NCBI GenBank assembly: GCA_030017615.1
Contig: JASEIG010000003.1
Span: 1 to 60,772, forward strand
Reading direction: 5' to 3'
DNA length: 60,772 bases
Source: Patescibacteria group bacterium
GTDB lineage: Bacteria > Patescibacteriota > Minisyncoccia > UBA6257 > UBA9933
The notes under the pieces are model-generated. The model searched no databases. It saw nothing but the letters and a program-made list of their open reading frames with translations, and was not told where the DNA came from. The translations under genes were made by a program, and so were the position numbers. Below are positions 52,299-60,743 of this stretch, in pieces. Position 1 is the first letter of the stretch. Every line of letters begins with the position of its first letter.

Positions 52299-53846
52299 TT
52301 ACAGCAATAAATTCAGCAGACTTTGCGCCGTCATTTCTTTCGGTTTTGCAATTCCCATCAATTCCAAAACAGTGGGCGATATGTCTGCCAACACTCCTAT
52401 CGGATTTTTTTCAGACCGTCTTATTTCTTCGGCGGTTTTTTTCCGTTTAAATTCATTTCCGACCAAGTATATCGGCACGGAACTTGCGTCGTGTTTTGTT
52501 TCCGGCATTCCGGTTTGCGGGTCAAGCAATCTTTCCGCGTTTCCGTGATCGGCGGTAATTATGAGATATGCGTCGCTGTCCAGAGCGGTTTTTGTTATTT
52601 TCCCGATTTGCTCATTCAACACCTCAATCGTTTTTTTCGTCGCTTCAAAATTTCCCGTGTGCGCGATTATGTCGGCGTTGGCAAAATTCGCCAGAATAAA
52701 ATCGTAAGCTTTTTCTTCAATCGCTTCTATTAATCGGCTGGCTATTTCTTCCGCGCGCATTTCCGGGTGTTCGTCGTGTTTGAAATTTGTTTGGGACGGA
52801 ATCAAAACCCTGTATTCATTTAAAAACGGCTGTTCTTTAAGGCCGTTAAAAAAATAAGTTATATGCGCGTATTTTTCCGTTTCCGCTATTCTCCATTGAA
52901 TCTTCCCTTTTTCGGACAAAACTTTTCCCAAACATCCGTCAATTTTTTCCCGGGGAAAAGCGATCGGCAGATTGAATTTGGAATCATAATTGACTAATGT
53001 TGTCGCGCGCAGATTTGAAAATTTTTTTGTTTTGAATTTATCAAATTCGGAATCAATAAAAGATTTTACAATCTGCTTCATTCTGTCTTCGCGGAAATTG
53101 AAAAAAATTATAGCGTCATTGTCTTTTACGGGATTTGCCGAACTGACAAACGCCGGCGCTATAAATTCGTCATTTAAATTTTTTGCGTAAGTTTTTTTAA
53201 TATGCGTTTCAATGTCGGTCATCGCGGGCGCGTCTCCGGTCATCGCTTTATACGCTTCCTCTGTTCTATCCCAGTGATTATCGCGATCCATCGCATAATA
53301 TCTTCCGGAAACGGAAGCAATCCGCTCAATATGCGAAATTTTTTTCAATAATGCTATAGCCGATTGCGGGGGACTGTCGCGCCCGTCGGTAATCAAATGA
53401 AGATTTAACTTTTCTTTCGGCAAACCCTCTTTTCCAAAAAACTGTATTAGCGCTTCCAAATGTTCAAATGACGCGTGCACATTGGCTTCTGTCAGAAGCC
53501 CGATTAAATTAACACTGGAATTATTTTTTTTCGCGTGAACGAAAGCGTCTTTTATCGCTTTATTTTCAAAAAAAGTTTTGTCGCGTATGGCCAAAGTGAT
53601 TTTCGGATAATTTTGGTAAATTATTTTCCCCGCTCCCATATTCAAATGTCCCACTTCGCTGTTTCCCTCTTCTCCCCACGGCAAACCGACCGAAATCCCC
53701 GAAGCCTGCAACGCCCCGCTTGGAAAATTTTCTTTTAAATAATTGATATTTTTCGGATTTACAATGTGTATTGGATTGGAAAAATCGGGGTTGCCAATTC
53801 CCCAGCCGTCCAAAATTATAAGAATAACCGTGTGATTTTTTCTCAT
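52299..53846 (-). CDS. gpmI: 2,3-bisphosphoglycerate-independent phosphoglycerate mutase
   Basis: ILDGWG, SEVGHLN, ITADHGNAE motifs; 515 aa. Confidence 0.9.
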   Translation of the reverse strand: MRKNHTVILIILDGWGIGNPDFSNPIHIVNPKNINYLKENFPSGALQASGISVGLPWGEEGNSEVGHLNMGAGKIIYQNYPKITLAIRDKTFFENKAIKDAFVHAKKNNSSVNLIGLLTEANVHASFEHLEALIQFFGKEGLPKEKLNLHLITDGRDSPPQSAIALLKKISHIERIASVSGRYYAMDRDNHWDRTEEAYKAMTGDAPAMTDIETHIKKTYAKNLNDEFIAPAFVSSANPVKDNDAIIFFNFREDRMKQIVKSFIDSEFDKFKTKKFSNLRATTLVNYDSKFNLPIAFPREKIDGCLGKVLSEKGKIQWRIAETEKYAHITYFFNGLKEQPFLNEYRVLIPSQTNFKHDEHPEMRAEEIASRLIEAIEEKAYDFILANFANADIIAHTGNFEATKKTIEVLNEQIGKITKTALDSDAYLIITADHGNAERLLDPQTGMPETKHDASSVPIYLVGNEFKRKKTAEEIRRSEKNPIGVLADISPTVLELMGIAKPKEMTAQSLLNLLL

Positions 53847-53948
53847 TTACCAATTCTATCATAATCTAAAATAGTATTGAAAGAAGTATTTGCGAATAAC
53901 ATTTGCCTGCCGGCAGACAGGCAAATCAAAAACAAATATGCTAGTGTC

Positions 53949-53987
53949 CGAATTCGCGTTATTAAAATTAATTCGTATATTCGCGAT
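53949..53987. repeat. ~40-nt repeat cgaattcgcgttattaaaattaattcgtatattcgcgat (pair with 56421-56461)
   Basis: About 37/40 identity with 56421-56461. Contains the ATTCGTATAT core. Lies in the divergent gpmI / 54054 intergenic region. Confidence 0.7.
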
Positions 53988-54053
53988 TACTTCTTTGATT
54001 TTGTGTTCAAAAATTTGTATTATTAACTTAATTACAAACTTAATGGACGAATT

Positions 54054-55442
54054 ATGAAAAAAATCAAAGTCATAGACATTATTCCGAAAAAGAGTCAGGT
54101 TGAATTAAAAACTTTTTCCAAAAAAGAAATTTTCGTTCCTTCGGAAAAGAAAATTAAAATTGAGCCGATTGATGAAGAAAAAGGAAAAATTTTGGAAGGA
54201 ATGATTAAAAAAGAAGAAAAAAACGAAAGAGAAGAAACGCGCTTGCATCGCGCTCGCGACCACCGCCATTCAGAATTGCGCCAAAAATCCAAATCCAAAT
54301 TAAATTTAACGATATTTATCGGATTGGCAGCTATTCTTTTTGGCTCTTTGGGATATTTGGCGGTTAACATTCTCCCGCGCGCGGACATAAAAATCGTTTC
54401 CAAAAAAAGCAATTGGGAATACGGCAACTCCATCGTGATAAATCCGAAAATCGCCGACATTGATTCGCTTACCAGACAAATTCCCGCCGCTGTTTTTTAT
54501 GAAAAAAGAAACGCCGTTATTCCTTTCCCCGCGACGGGGAAAAAATACGGCGATAAATATGCGGACGGCGCGATAATTATTTATAATAACTACGGGACAA
54601 ATCCGCAGACGCTTGTTGCCGGAACCAGATTTCAGGCTCCGGACGGAAAGATTTTCAAACTGAAAGAAAAAACCGTCGCTCCGGGCGCTAAAAACGGAAA
54701 CGGAAAATTAACCCCGTCTTCGGTGGAAGCAAATATTATCGCGGAAAAACCGGGCTCAGCTTACAATATCCCCGCGGTGAAAAAATTCACGATTCCCGGA
54801 TTTATCGGCTCGGACAAGTTTGAAAAATTCTACGGCGAATCAAAAACGCCGATGACGGGAGGAACAAACGGAGAGCTTGCTTATCCGACCGACGACGATA
54901 TTGATAAAGCCAAACAAAACGCCGAATCGCAGATTAAAGACATTGTAAATTCTTTTATTTATTCGCAGATTCCCGAGAACGAGTTCAAAATTATTGACAG
55001 CGGGAAGCAGTTTAAAATTTTAAAGGAAATCGTCAATAAAAACACCGATGAAAACGGCAATTTTTCCGTGTTTATTGAAGCGGAAGGAACGGCGCAGGCA
55101 TTTAAAGAATCCCAACTTGTCAGCTTAATGAATGCTTTAGGACAACAAGCTATTGGGCAAGATTTTGAATTAAAAGACAAAGAATACACAATTGAATACG
55201 GCGCGATTCAAACCGACCCAAAAACAAAAATTATGACTTTACCGGTGAATTTTAAAGGAACTTTTTGGAAGCCGTTTAATATTGACGATTTCAAAACGAA
55301 AATAGCGGGTAAATCGGAAACCGACTTAAAATCGCTTATCTTTTCTTTTTCCAATATTGAAAAAGCAAACATTTCTTTTTGGCCATTCTGGGTTTCCGAA
55401 GTTCCCGATGACGCGAAGCGGATAAAAATTTCTCTGGACTAA
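54054..55442 (+). CDS. Hypothetical TM-anchored extracytoplasmic protein (possibly baseplate-J-like)
   Basis: Charged N-terminus, one TM (IFIGLAAILFGSLGYLAVNIL). GTRFQAPDGKIFKLKE...GSAYNIPA resembles baseplate J/gp47-type proteins by eye only. Confidence 0.3.
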   Translation: MKKIKVIDIIPKKSQVELKTFSKKEIFVPSEKKIKIEPIDEEKGKILEGMIKKEEKNEREETRLHRARDHRHSELRQKSKSKLNLTIFIGLAAILFGSLGYLAVNILPRADIKIVSKKSNWEYGNSIVINPKIADIDSLTRQIPAAVFYEKRNAVIPFPATGKKYGDKYADGAIIIYNNYGTNPQTLVAGTRFQAPDGKIFKLKEKTVAPGAKNGNGKLTPSSVEANIIAEKPGSAYNIPAVKKFTIPGFIGSDKFEKFYGESKTPMTGGTNGELAYPTDDDIDKAKQNAESQIKDIVNSFIYSQIPENEFKIIDSGKQFKILKEIVNKNTDENGNFSVFIEAEGTAQAFKESQLVSLMNALGQQAIGQDFELKDKEYTIEYGAIQTDPKTKIMTLPVNFKGTFWKPFNIDDFKTKIAGKSETDLKSLIFSFSNIEKANISFWPFWVSEVPDDAKRIKISLD

Positions 55443-55527
55443 AATCATCAAGAATGGACGAGTAAACACTTGACGATTAAAATTTTCTAATTTACCATGT
55501 AATAATCCCGTTGGGGAATTTTTAAAT

Positions 55528-55743
55528 ATGTCGCCAAAAGAATTCAAGCAACTGTTCAAAGGTATGGTTACGGAATCGTTACCGGCGACCACCTTTCGCG
55601 TTAAACTTGAAAGCGGAGAAGAGATTTTGGCGTATTTATCGGGTAAAATGAGAATGCATTATATTAAAATAATGCCCGGCGATAATGTGCTTCTTGAACT
55701 TAGTCCGGACGGTAAAAGAGGCAGAATCACCCGAAGATTATAA
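55528..55743 (+). CDS. infA: Translation initiation factor IF-1
   Basis: G.V.E.LP...[32 protein letters not shown]-like pattern. Confidence 0.9.
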   Translation: MSPKEFKQLFKGMVTESLPATTFRVKLESGEEILAYLSGKMRMHYIKIMPGDNVLLELSPDGKRGRITRRL

Positions 55744-55802
55744 ACTTGTAACCCATAACCTGTAACTCAAAGCAAGCTACAAGCTACAAATTACAAGCTG
55801 TA
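55743..55802 (+). repeat. Heptad-periodic intergenic spacer/hairpin R1 (infA-rpmJ)
   Basis: cttgtaa|cccataa|cctgtaa|ctcaaag|caagcta|caagcta|caaatta|caagctg. The 5' 28 nt are near-identical in R2 and R3. TAA recurs every 7 nt. Confidence 0.75.
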
Positions 55803-55808
55803 AAAAAA

Positions 55809-55925
55809 TTGAAAGTGCGAGCATCTGTCAAAAAAATATGTAAAAATTGCAAAAGTGTCAGAAGAAAAGGACGCATTTTTATTATTTGCAAAAAAAGCCC
55901 GAAGCATAAACAGAGACAGGGATAG
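55809..55925 (+). CDS. rpmJ: 50S ribosomal protein L36 (TTG start), below the ORF-track cutoff
   Basis: (M)[37 protein letters not shown]; 38 codons. Confidence 0.85.
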   Translation: MKVRASVKKICKNCKSVRRKGRIFIICKKSPKHKQRQG

Positions 55926-55932
55926 ATAATAG

Positions 55933-55995
55933 AACTTGTAACCCATAGCTTGTAACTCAAAAATGAGCTACAAGCTACAAGCTACAAACTACAAG
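55933..55995 (+). repeat. Heptad-periodic intergenic spacer/hairpin R2 (rpmJ-rpsM)
   Basis: aacttgtaacccatagcttgtaactcaaaaatgagctacaagctacaagctacaaactacaag. cttgtaa units face ttacaag/ctacaag units. Confidence 0.75.
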
Positions 55996-55998
55996 AAA

Positions 55999-56382
55999 AT
56001 GCGACTAATAGGAATCAACATCCCGGATAATAAAAGAGTGGAAACGGCTTTGACCTATGTTTTTGGCATTGGGCCGACTTCCGCCAAAAAAATTGTGAAA
56101 TCAGCTCAAATTGATTCAGCTAAAAGAGTTAAAAATTTAACTCCCGATGAAGTTAAAAAAATTACCGACCTCATCGGAAAAAATTACAAAGTTGAAGGCG
56201 AATTAAGACAGGTTATTAAAACAAATATAAGCAGATTGAAAGATATCCAAACATACCGAGGCGTTAGACATATAAAAAGACTTCCCGTCAGGGGTCAGAG
56301 AACCAAAACCAATTCCAGAACCATACGAGGAAACGTCAGAAAAACCGCTGTCAGCGGAAAGAGAAAAGTTGAATTAAAGTAA
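55999..56382 (+). CDS. rpsM: 30S ribosomal protein S13
   Basis: MRLIGINIPDNKRVETALTYVFGIGPTSAKKI. The track start at 55963 lies in the repeat and is rejected. Confidence 0.9.
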   Translation: MRLIGINIPDNKRVETALTYVFGIGPTSAKKIVKSAQIDSAKRVKNLTPDEVKKITDLIGKNYKVEGELRQVIKTNISRLKDIQTYRGVRHIKRLPVRGQRTKTNSRTIRGNVRKTAVSGKRKVELK

Positions 56383-56420
56383 TCACCAACACACAAATCA
56401 AACGCAAATACACAAATATA

Positions 56421-56461
56421 CGAATTCGCGTTATTAAATAAAAATTCGTATATTCGCGAAT
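56421..56461. repeat. ~40-nt repeat cgaattcgcgttattaaataaaaattcgtatattcgcgaat (pair with 53949-53987)
   Basis: Together with the upstream atatacgaat (56416-56425) it forms a 10-bp hairpin with attcgtatat (56444-56453). Ends 3 nt before the rpsK ATG. Confidence 0.7.
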
Positions 56462-56464
56462 GCT

Positions 56465-56920
56465 ATGGGAAAAAAGAAAATTATACAAAAAACTGACGCA
56501 GAGGTAATCAAGGAAAGCAGTAATCTTGAAAAAAATATAGCCGAGGCGTCTATAAAAGTAAGCGCGTCTAAAAAAATTGAAAACGGAAAAATTTTTATAA
56601 ACGCCACTTACAACAATACCATTATCACCGCTACTAATAAAAACGGAGATGTTTTGGCTTGGGTTACCGCCGGAGGATTGGGATTCTCCGGCCCCAAAAA
56701 AGCCACTCCTTTTGCCGCTTCCAAAGCTGTCGCGGCGATTGCTGAAAAATTAAAGAAAATCGGCTTGGCTAATGTAGAAGTTATCGTAAAAGGAGTCGGT
56801 TCCGGCAGGGATTCGGCAATCAGGTCGCTTGCCAATCAGGGGTTTAATATTGTGTCATTAAAAGATATGACTCCGATTCCGCATAACGGACCCAAACCCC
56901 CGAAGGCGAGAAGAATATAA
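56465..56920 (+). CDS. rpsK: 30S ribosomal protein S11
   Basis: G.IFINATYNNTIITATNKNGDVLAW.TAG..GF.G.KK.TPFAA. Confidence 0.9.
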   Translation: MGKKKIIQKTDAEVIKESSNLEKNIAEASIKVSASKKIENGKIFINATYNNTIITATNKNGDVLAWVTAGGLGFSGPKKATPFAASKAVAAIAEKLKKIGLANVEVIVKGVGSGRDSAIRSLANQGFNIVSLKDMTPIPHNGPKPPKARRI

Positions 56921-56928
56921 AATCATAA

Positions 56929-56993
56929 AACTTGTAACCCATAACCTGTAACTCAAGAGTGAGCTGCAAGTTATAAGTTATAAGCTATAAGAC
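56929..56993 (+). repeat. Heptad-periodic intergenic spacer/hairpin R3 (rpsK-rpsD)
   Basis: aacttgtaacccataacctgtaactcaagagtgagctgcaagttataagttataagctataagac. Confidence 0.75.
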
Positions 56994-56995
56994 AA

Positions 56996-57610
56996 ATGCT
57001 TGGCGCAAAAGAAAAAAAAGAAAGATCATTGGGAATAAAACTTGGACTTAAAGCGGAGCGTTGCAGTTCCCCAAAATGTGCCATGACACGGCGTCCTTAT
57101 AGACCCGGTATGCATGGAAAATCAAGACGAGGCGCGCTTTCCGAATACGGCCAACAGCTTTTAGAGAAGCAAAAAATCAGAATTACTTATGGTTTGCGAG
57201 AGGCTCAGATGAGAAAAGTTTTTATGTCGGCCGCCAAAAAACATGAAGCGGTTACCGACGCGATTATCAATATTTTAGAAAGAAGATTGGATAACGTGAT
57301 TTTTAGATTGGGGTTTGCTCCGTCAAGAATAATGGCAAAACAATTTGTGAATCACGGGCATATTTTGGTAAATGGCAAAAAAATTAACATTCCTTCTTAT
57401 CAGGTAAAAGTCGGAGATATTATTAAAATAAAACAAAAATCGCTGAATAACTTGATTTTTAAAAATTTTTTAAGTAATATCAAGAAACATGAAACGCCTT
57501 TATGGCTGTCGGTTGACGCCGAAACGCTTGAAGGTAAAGTAAAATCTCTGCCGCATGATGTTGAAATTCCTTTTGATATTAACTTAGTCGTTGATTTTTA
57601 TTCAAAATAA
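56996..57610 (+). CDS. rpsD: 30S ribosomal protein S4
   Basis: RPYRPGMHGKSRR...SEYG.QL.EKQK, C-terminal S4 domain RLDNVIFRLGFA. Confidence 0.9.
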   Translation: MLGAKEKKERSLGIKLGLKAERCSSPKCAMTRRPYRPGMHGKSRRGALSEYGQQLLEKQKIRITYGLREAQMRKVFMSAAKKHEAVTDAIINILERRLDNVIFRLGFAPSRIMAKQFVNHGHILVNGKKINIPSYQVKVGDIIKIKQKSLNNLIFKNFLSNIKKHETPLWLSVDAETLEGKVKSLPHDVEIPFDINLVVDFYSK

Positions 57611-57669
57611 CCAACAACTAACGACAAAGTAATTCTTCGTTGTAAGTCGTAAGCTGTAAGTTATAAGTC
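57611..57669 (+). repeat. Heptad-periodic intergenic spacer R4 (rpsD-rpoA)
   Basis: ccaacaa|ctaacga|caaagta|attcttc|gttgtaa|gtcgtaa|gctgtaa|gttataa|gtc. Four TAA at 7-nt spacing. ctaacgacaaag/cttcgttgtaag can pair (10/12). Confidence 0.7.
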
Positions 57670-57675
57670 AATTTT

Positions 57676-58437
57676 ATGGAATACGCAAAATTAAGCGAAA
57701 CAGTAAAAATTAAAAAAATATCTGAAACCGAAAATGAAGGCGTTTTTGAAATAGAAGGACTTTTTACCGGTTACGGATTGACTGTCGGGAATGCGTTGCG
57801 GCGCGCTCTTTTATCGTCTTTGCCGGGCGCCGCCATTACTCAAGTTAAAATTAATAATACCAAACATGAATTTTCCACCATCAGCGGAGTTTTGGAAGAT
57901 ATAATTGAAATCACTTTGAATTTGAAAAAAATCAGGTTTAAGTTTTATGCCGACGAGCCGCAAATTTTAACTTTAAACGTCAAAGGAGAAAAAGAAGTTT
58001 CTGCGGCTGACATTAAAACCAATTCGCAGATTGAAATAGTGAACCCGGAAGCTCATATCGCGACCATTACTGATAAAAAGACGGAATTAAAAATGGAAAT
58101 TACCGTTGAAAAGGGGCTTGGGTTTGTTCCGGCTGAAGTTAGGAAATTTGAAAAACTTCCCATAGGAGTTATTGCGATTGACGCGATTTTCACTCCGGTT
58201 ACCAATGTTAATTTCACTATTGAAAATATGCGTGTCGGCGAAAAAACAGATTTCAATAAACTTAAACTTTTTATTGCGACCGATAAAACAATCAGCCCGT
58301 CAAAAGCTTTGCATAAATCGGCGAATATTTTAAAAGACCATTTTGAAAAAATTTCCGCAGTTGAAGTTGACGGAACAGAAACTTTAAAAATTTTTGCGGA
58401 AAAACCGAAGAAAAAGAAAACCGCCAAAAAATCATAA
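57676..58437 (+). CDS. rpoA: DNA-directed RNA polymerase alpha subunit, N-terminal domain only (253 aa)
   Basis: GYGLTVGNALRRALLSSLPGAAIT and the dimerisation/beta-binding NTD pattern. The ORF ends in a short Lys-rich tail with no alpha-CTD. Confidence 0.85.
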   Translation: MEYAKLSETVKIKKISETENEGVFEIEGLFTGYGLTVGNALRRALLSSLPGAAITQVKINNTKHEFSTISGVLEDIIEITLNLKKIRFKFYADEPQILTLNVKGEKEVSAADIKTNSQIEIVNPEAHIATITDKKTELKMEITVEKGLGFVPAEVRKFEKLPIGVIAIDAIFTPVTNVNFTIENMRVGEKTDFNKLKLFIATDKTISPSKALHKSANILKDHFEKISAVEVDGTETLKIFAEKPKKKKTAKKS

Positions 58438-58508
58438 AACCCGGAACATAAAATCTGAAGCATAAGAACTCTTATGTTCCGTGCTGTGCGTTATATACTT
58501 CATAAAAA

Positions 58509-58859
58509 ATGAGACATCTTAAAAAAGGAAGAAAATTTCATAGAAAAGCGGGACAAAGAAAATCTCTTTTAAAAGGTTTGGCTCATAATTTAATTTTAGA
58601 GGGCAAAATCACCACTACCGAAGCGAAAGCGAAAGAATTAAAAGTTAAAGCTGAAAAATTAATAACTTTGGCAAAAAAACAAAATTTGGCGAGCCTGCGG
58701 CTTCTTATCGCAAGATTGCCTAAAAAATCGGCGGAAAAGCTCTACTACGAAATAGCTCAAAAATATATGGAAAAAAGAGGAGGATACCTGAGAGTTATTA
58801 AAGAAACTGCGGTAAGAAAAAGAGACGCGAGCAAAATGGCGACAGTGGAATTCGTATAA
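58509..58859 (+). CDS. rplQ: 50S ribosomal protein L17
   Basis: MRHLKKGRKFHRKAGQRKSLLKGLAHNLI..G.I.TT..KAKEL. Confidence 0.9.
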   Translation: MRHLKKGRKFHRKAGQRKSLLKGLAHNLILEGKITTTEAKAKELKVKAEKLITLAKKQNLASLRLLIARLPKKSAEKLYYEIAQKYMEKRGGYLRVIKETAVRKRDASKMATVEFV

Positions 58860-58862
58860 ATT

Positions 58863-58947
58863 AACCAACAACCGACAACTAACAACTAACAACAAAAACA
58901 TTATTTTCGTCGCAAATCGCAGGTCGCAGGCTGTAGGCTATGAGTCG
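58863..58947 (+). repeat. Heptad-periodic spacer R5 downstream of rplQ
   Basis: ccaacaa|ccgacaa|ctaacaa|ctaacaa|caaaaac ... aaatcgc|aggtcgc|aggctgt|aggctat|gagtcga. gacaactaacaact matches gacaactcacaact in the trmD 3' end (17412-17425). Confidence 0.7.
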
Positions 58948-58998
58948 ATTTGACGAAACAATAATAAAAATATAATATACAAAAGTCGAGAATAAATT

Positions 58999-59096
58999 GA
59001 ATTGCAAGATTGGGAGATTGCAAGATTGAAAAATTAAACGAGATTAAACAGAAAAATTAATCTTTGAATCTTTCAATTAGCAATCTGGCAATTATT
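58999..59096 (+). repeat. Long imperfect hairpin of AGATTGC/GCAATCT units upstream of tuf
   Basis: gaattgcaagattgggagattgcaagattga ... tctttgaatctttcaattagcaatctggcaatt. Outer 12 bp and inner ~10 bp are complementary. Ends 9 nt before the tuf ATG. Confidence 0.6.
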
Positions 59097-59104
59097 TAAT
59101 AACT

Positions 59105-60304
59105 ATGGCAGAAAAAGAAAAATTTGAACGAAGCAAGCCGCACGTAAATGTCGGGACTATTGGACACGTTGATCATGGGAAAACCACTTTAACCGCGGCC
59201 ATTACCCACATTCTTTTTTTAAAAGGCCTAATTAAAAAAGAAGAAAAAGTTGACCAAATAGACAACGCGCCCGAAGAAAAAGCCCGAGGCATTACCATCG
59301 CGCTTCACCACTCGGAATATGAGTCGGAAAAAAGGCATTATGCTCACGTTGACGCTCCCGGACACGCCGATTACATTAAAAATATGATTACCGGCGCCGC
59401 CCAAATGGACGGAGCTATATTGGTTGTTTCCGCCACTGACGGGCCGATGCCCCAGACGCGAGAACACATTCTTTTGGCAAAGCAGGTAGGCGTGCCGAAT
59501 ATAATCGTTTTCCTTAATAAAGTTGATATGGTCAACGACCCTGAACTTATTGATTTGGTTGAGGCTGAAGTAAGGGAATTATTAAAGAAACATAAATTCC
59601 CCGGAGATGAAACTCCGATTATTAAAGGTTCGGCCCTAAAAGCTTTAGAGGCGAAATCAGCGGACGAGGAAGCCGCTAAGCCGATTTTAGACCTTATTAA
59701 AGCTTTAGATGAATTTATACCGGAACCCTCAAGAGAAACCGATAAACCCTTTTTAATGCCCGTGGAAGACATTTTTTCAATTGAAGGACGCGGCACTGTT
59801 GTTACTGGCCGCATTGAAAGAGGAATTGTCAAGGTAAATGAAGAAATTGAAATTATCGGCTTAAAACCGCCTATGAAAACTACGGTTACCGGCATTGAAA
59901 TGTTTAATAAATTATTGGATGAGGGTCGCGCTGGCGACAATGTGGGGGTTCTTTTAAGAGGACTTAAAAAAGAAGACGTTGAAAGAGGACAAGTTTTGGC
60001 CAAATCGGGGTCGGTCACTCCGCACACCGATTTTGAAGCTGAAGTTTATATTTTAACCAAAGAAGAAGGCGGAAGACACACTCCTTTCTTTAAGGGATAT
60101 AAGCCGCAATTTTACATCAGAACCACCGATGTTACCGGAGAAGTTGAGCTTCCGTCGGGAATGGAGATGGTTATGCCCGGCGATACTGTTAATTTAAACA
60201 TTAAGCTGATAGCGCCGGTCGCGCTGGAAGAAAAACAAAGATTTGCCATCCGCGAAGGAGGCAAAACTGTCGGCGCCGGAGTTGTCGTAAAGATTCAAAA
60301 ATAA
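59105..60304 (+). CDS. tuf: Elongation factor Tu
   Basis: [25 protein letters not shown] motifs; 399 aa. Confidence 0.95.
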   Translation: MAEKEKFERSKPHVNVGTIGHVDHGKTTLTAAITHILFLKGLIKKEEKVDQIDNAPEEKARGITIALHHSEYESEKRHYAHVDAPGHADYIKNMITGAAQMDGAILVVSATDGPMPQTREHILLAKQVGVPNIIVFLNKVDMVNDPELIDLVEAEVRELLKKHKFPGDETPIIKGSALKALEAKSADEEAAKPILDLIKALDEFIPEPSRETDKPFLMPVEDIFSIEGRGTVVTGRIERGIVKVNEEIEIIGLKPPMKTTVTGIEMFNKLLDEGRAGDNVGVLLRGLKKEDVERGQVLAKSGSVTPHTDFEAEVYILTKEEGGRHTPFFKGYKPQFYIRTTDVTGEVELPSGMEMVMPGDTVNLNIKLIAPVALEEKQRFAIREGGKTVGAGVVVKIQK

Positions 60305-60375
60305 TCGCGGATATGCCGATTAATTCAAATTAGCGAAAATAGGACGCACCTTGTCATTTTTATCATTTAGAATTT

Positions 60376-60705
60376 ATGGCTAAAAAGAAAGAAGAAGAAC
60401 AATCAAAACTGCGTTTAAGAGTCAGGTCATATGACCATAAATTGATTGACAGTTCCATTAAGCAAATTATTGAAACTGCGATTAGGAATGGCGCCGAAAT
60501 TGTCGGGCCCGTTCCTTTGCCGACGGAATTTAAGCGCTATACCGTTAATCGTTCCACGTTTGTTCATAAGAACGCGCGAGAGCAATTTGAGATGAGAGTT
60601 CATAACCGTATGATAGACATAATGAATCCGAGTCAAAAAATTATTGAATCTTTAAGCAATCTTAATCTTCCCTCAGGAGTGGACATTGAGATAAAAATGA
60701 AATAA
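60376..60705 (+). CDS. rpsJ: 30S ribosomal protein S10
   Basis: KLRLRVRSYDHKLIDSS...IVGPVPLPT....YTV.RS.FV.K.AREQFEMR.H.R.I. Confidence 0.9.
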   Translation: MAKKKEEEQSKLRLRVRSYDHKLIDSSIKQIIETAIRNGAEIVGPVPLPTEFKRYTVNRSTFVHKNAREQFEMRVHNRMIDIMNPSQKIIESLSNLNLPSGVDIEIKMK

Positions 60706-60716
60706 AAATTGCAAAA

Positions 60717-60743
60717 ACTCCCCAAAAGGGGAGTTTTTGTTTC
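60717..60743 (+). terminator. Rho-independent terminator after rpsJ
   Basis: actcccc-aaaa-ggggagt followed by ttttgttt. Confidence 0.75.

Noticed and set aside
53897-53925. 9-bp hairpin atttgcctg-ccggcaga-caggcaaat upstream of gpmI
   Set aside because: It is a single occurrence in a divergent promoter region with no U-tract. There is too little to distinguish an operator from a chance palindrome.
55963-55998. N-terminal extension of rpsM ([12 protein letters not shown]) from the ORF track
   Set aside because: The extension is encoded by the heptad repeat R2. The canonical S13 N-terminus begins at the ATG at 55999 (MRLIGINIP).
59371-60027. 218-aa ORF antisense to tuf. The same applies to similar long antisense ORFs, e.g. 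40376-40882, 31602-31967, 12413-12868 and 58053-58463.
   Set aside because: These are shadow ORFs opposite highly conserved genes. They have no motifs, and the sense-strand genes are unambiguous.
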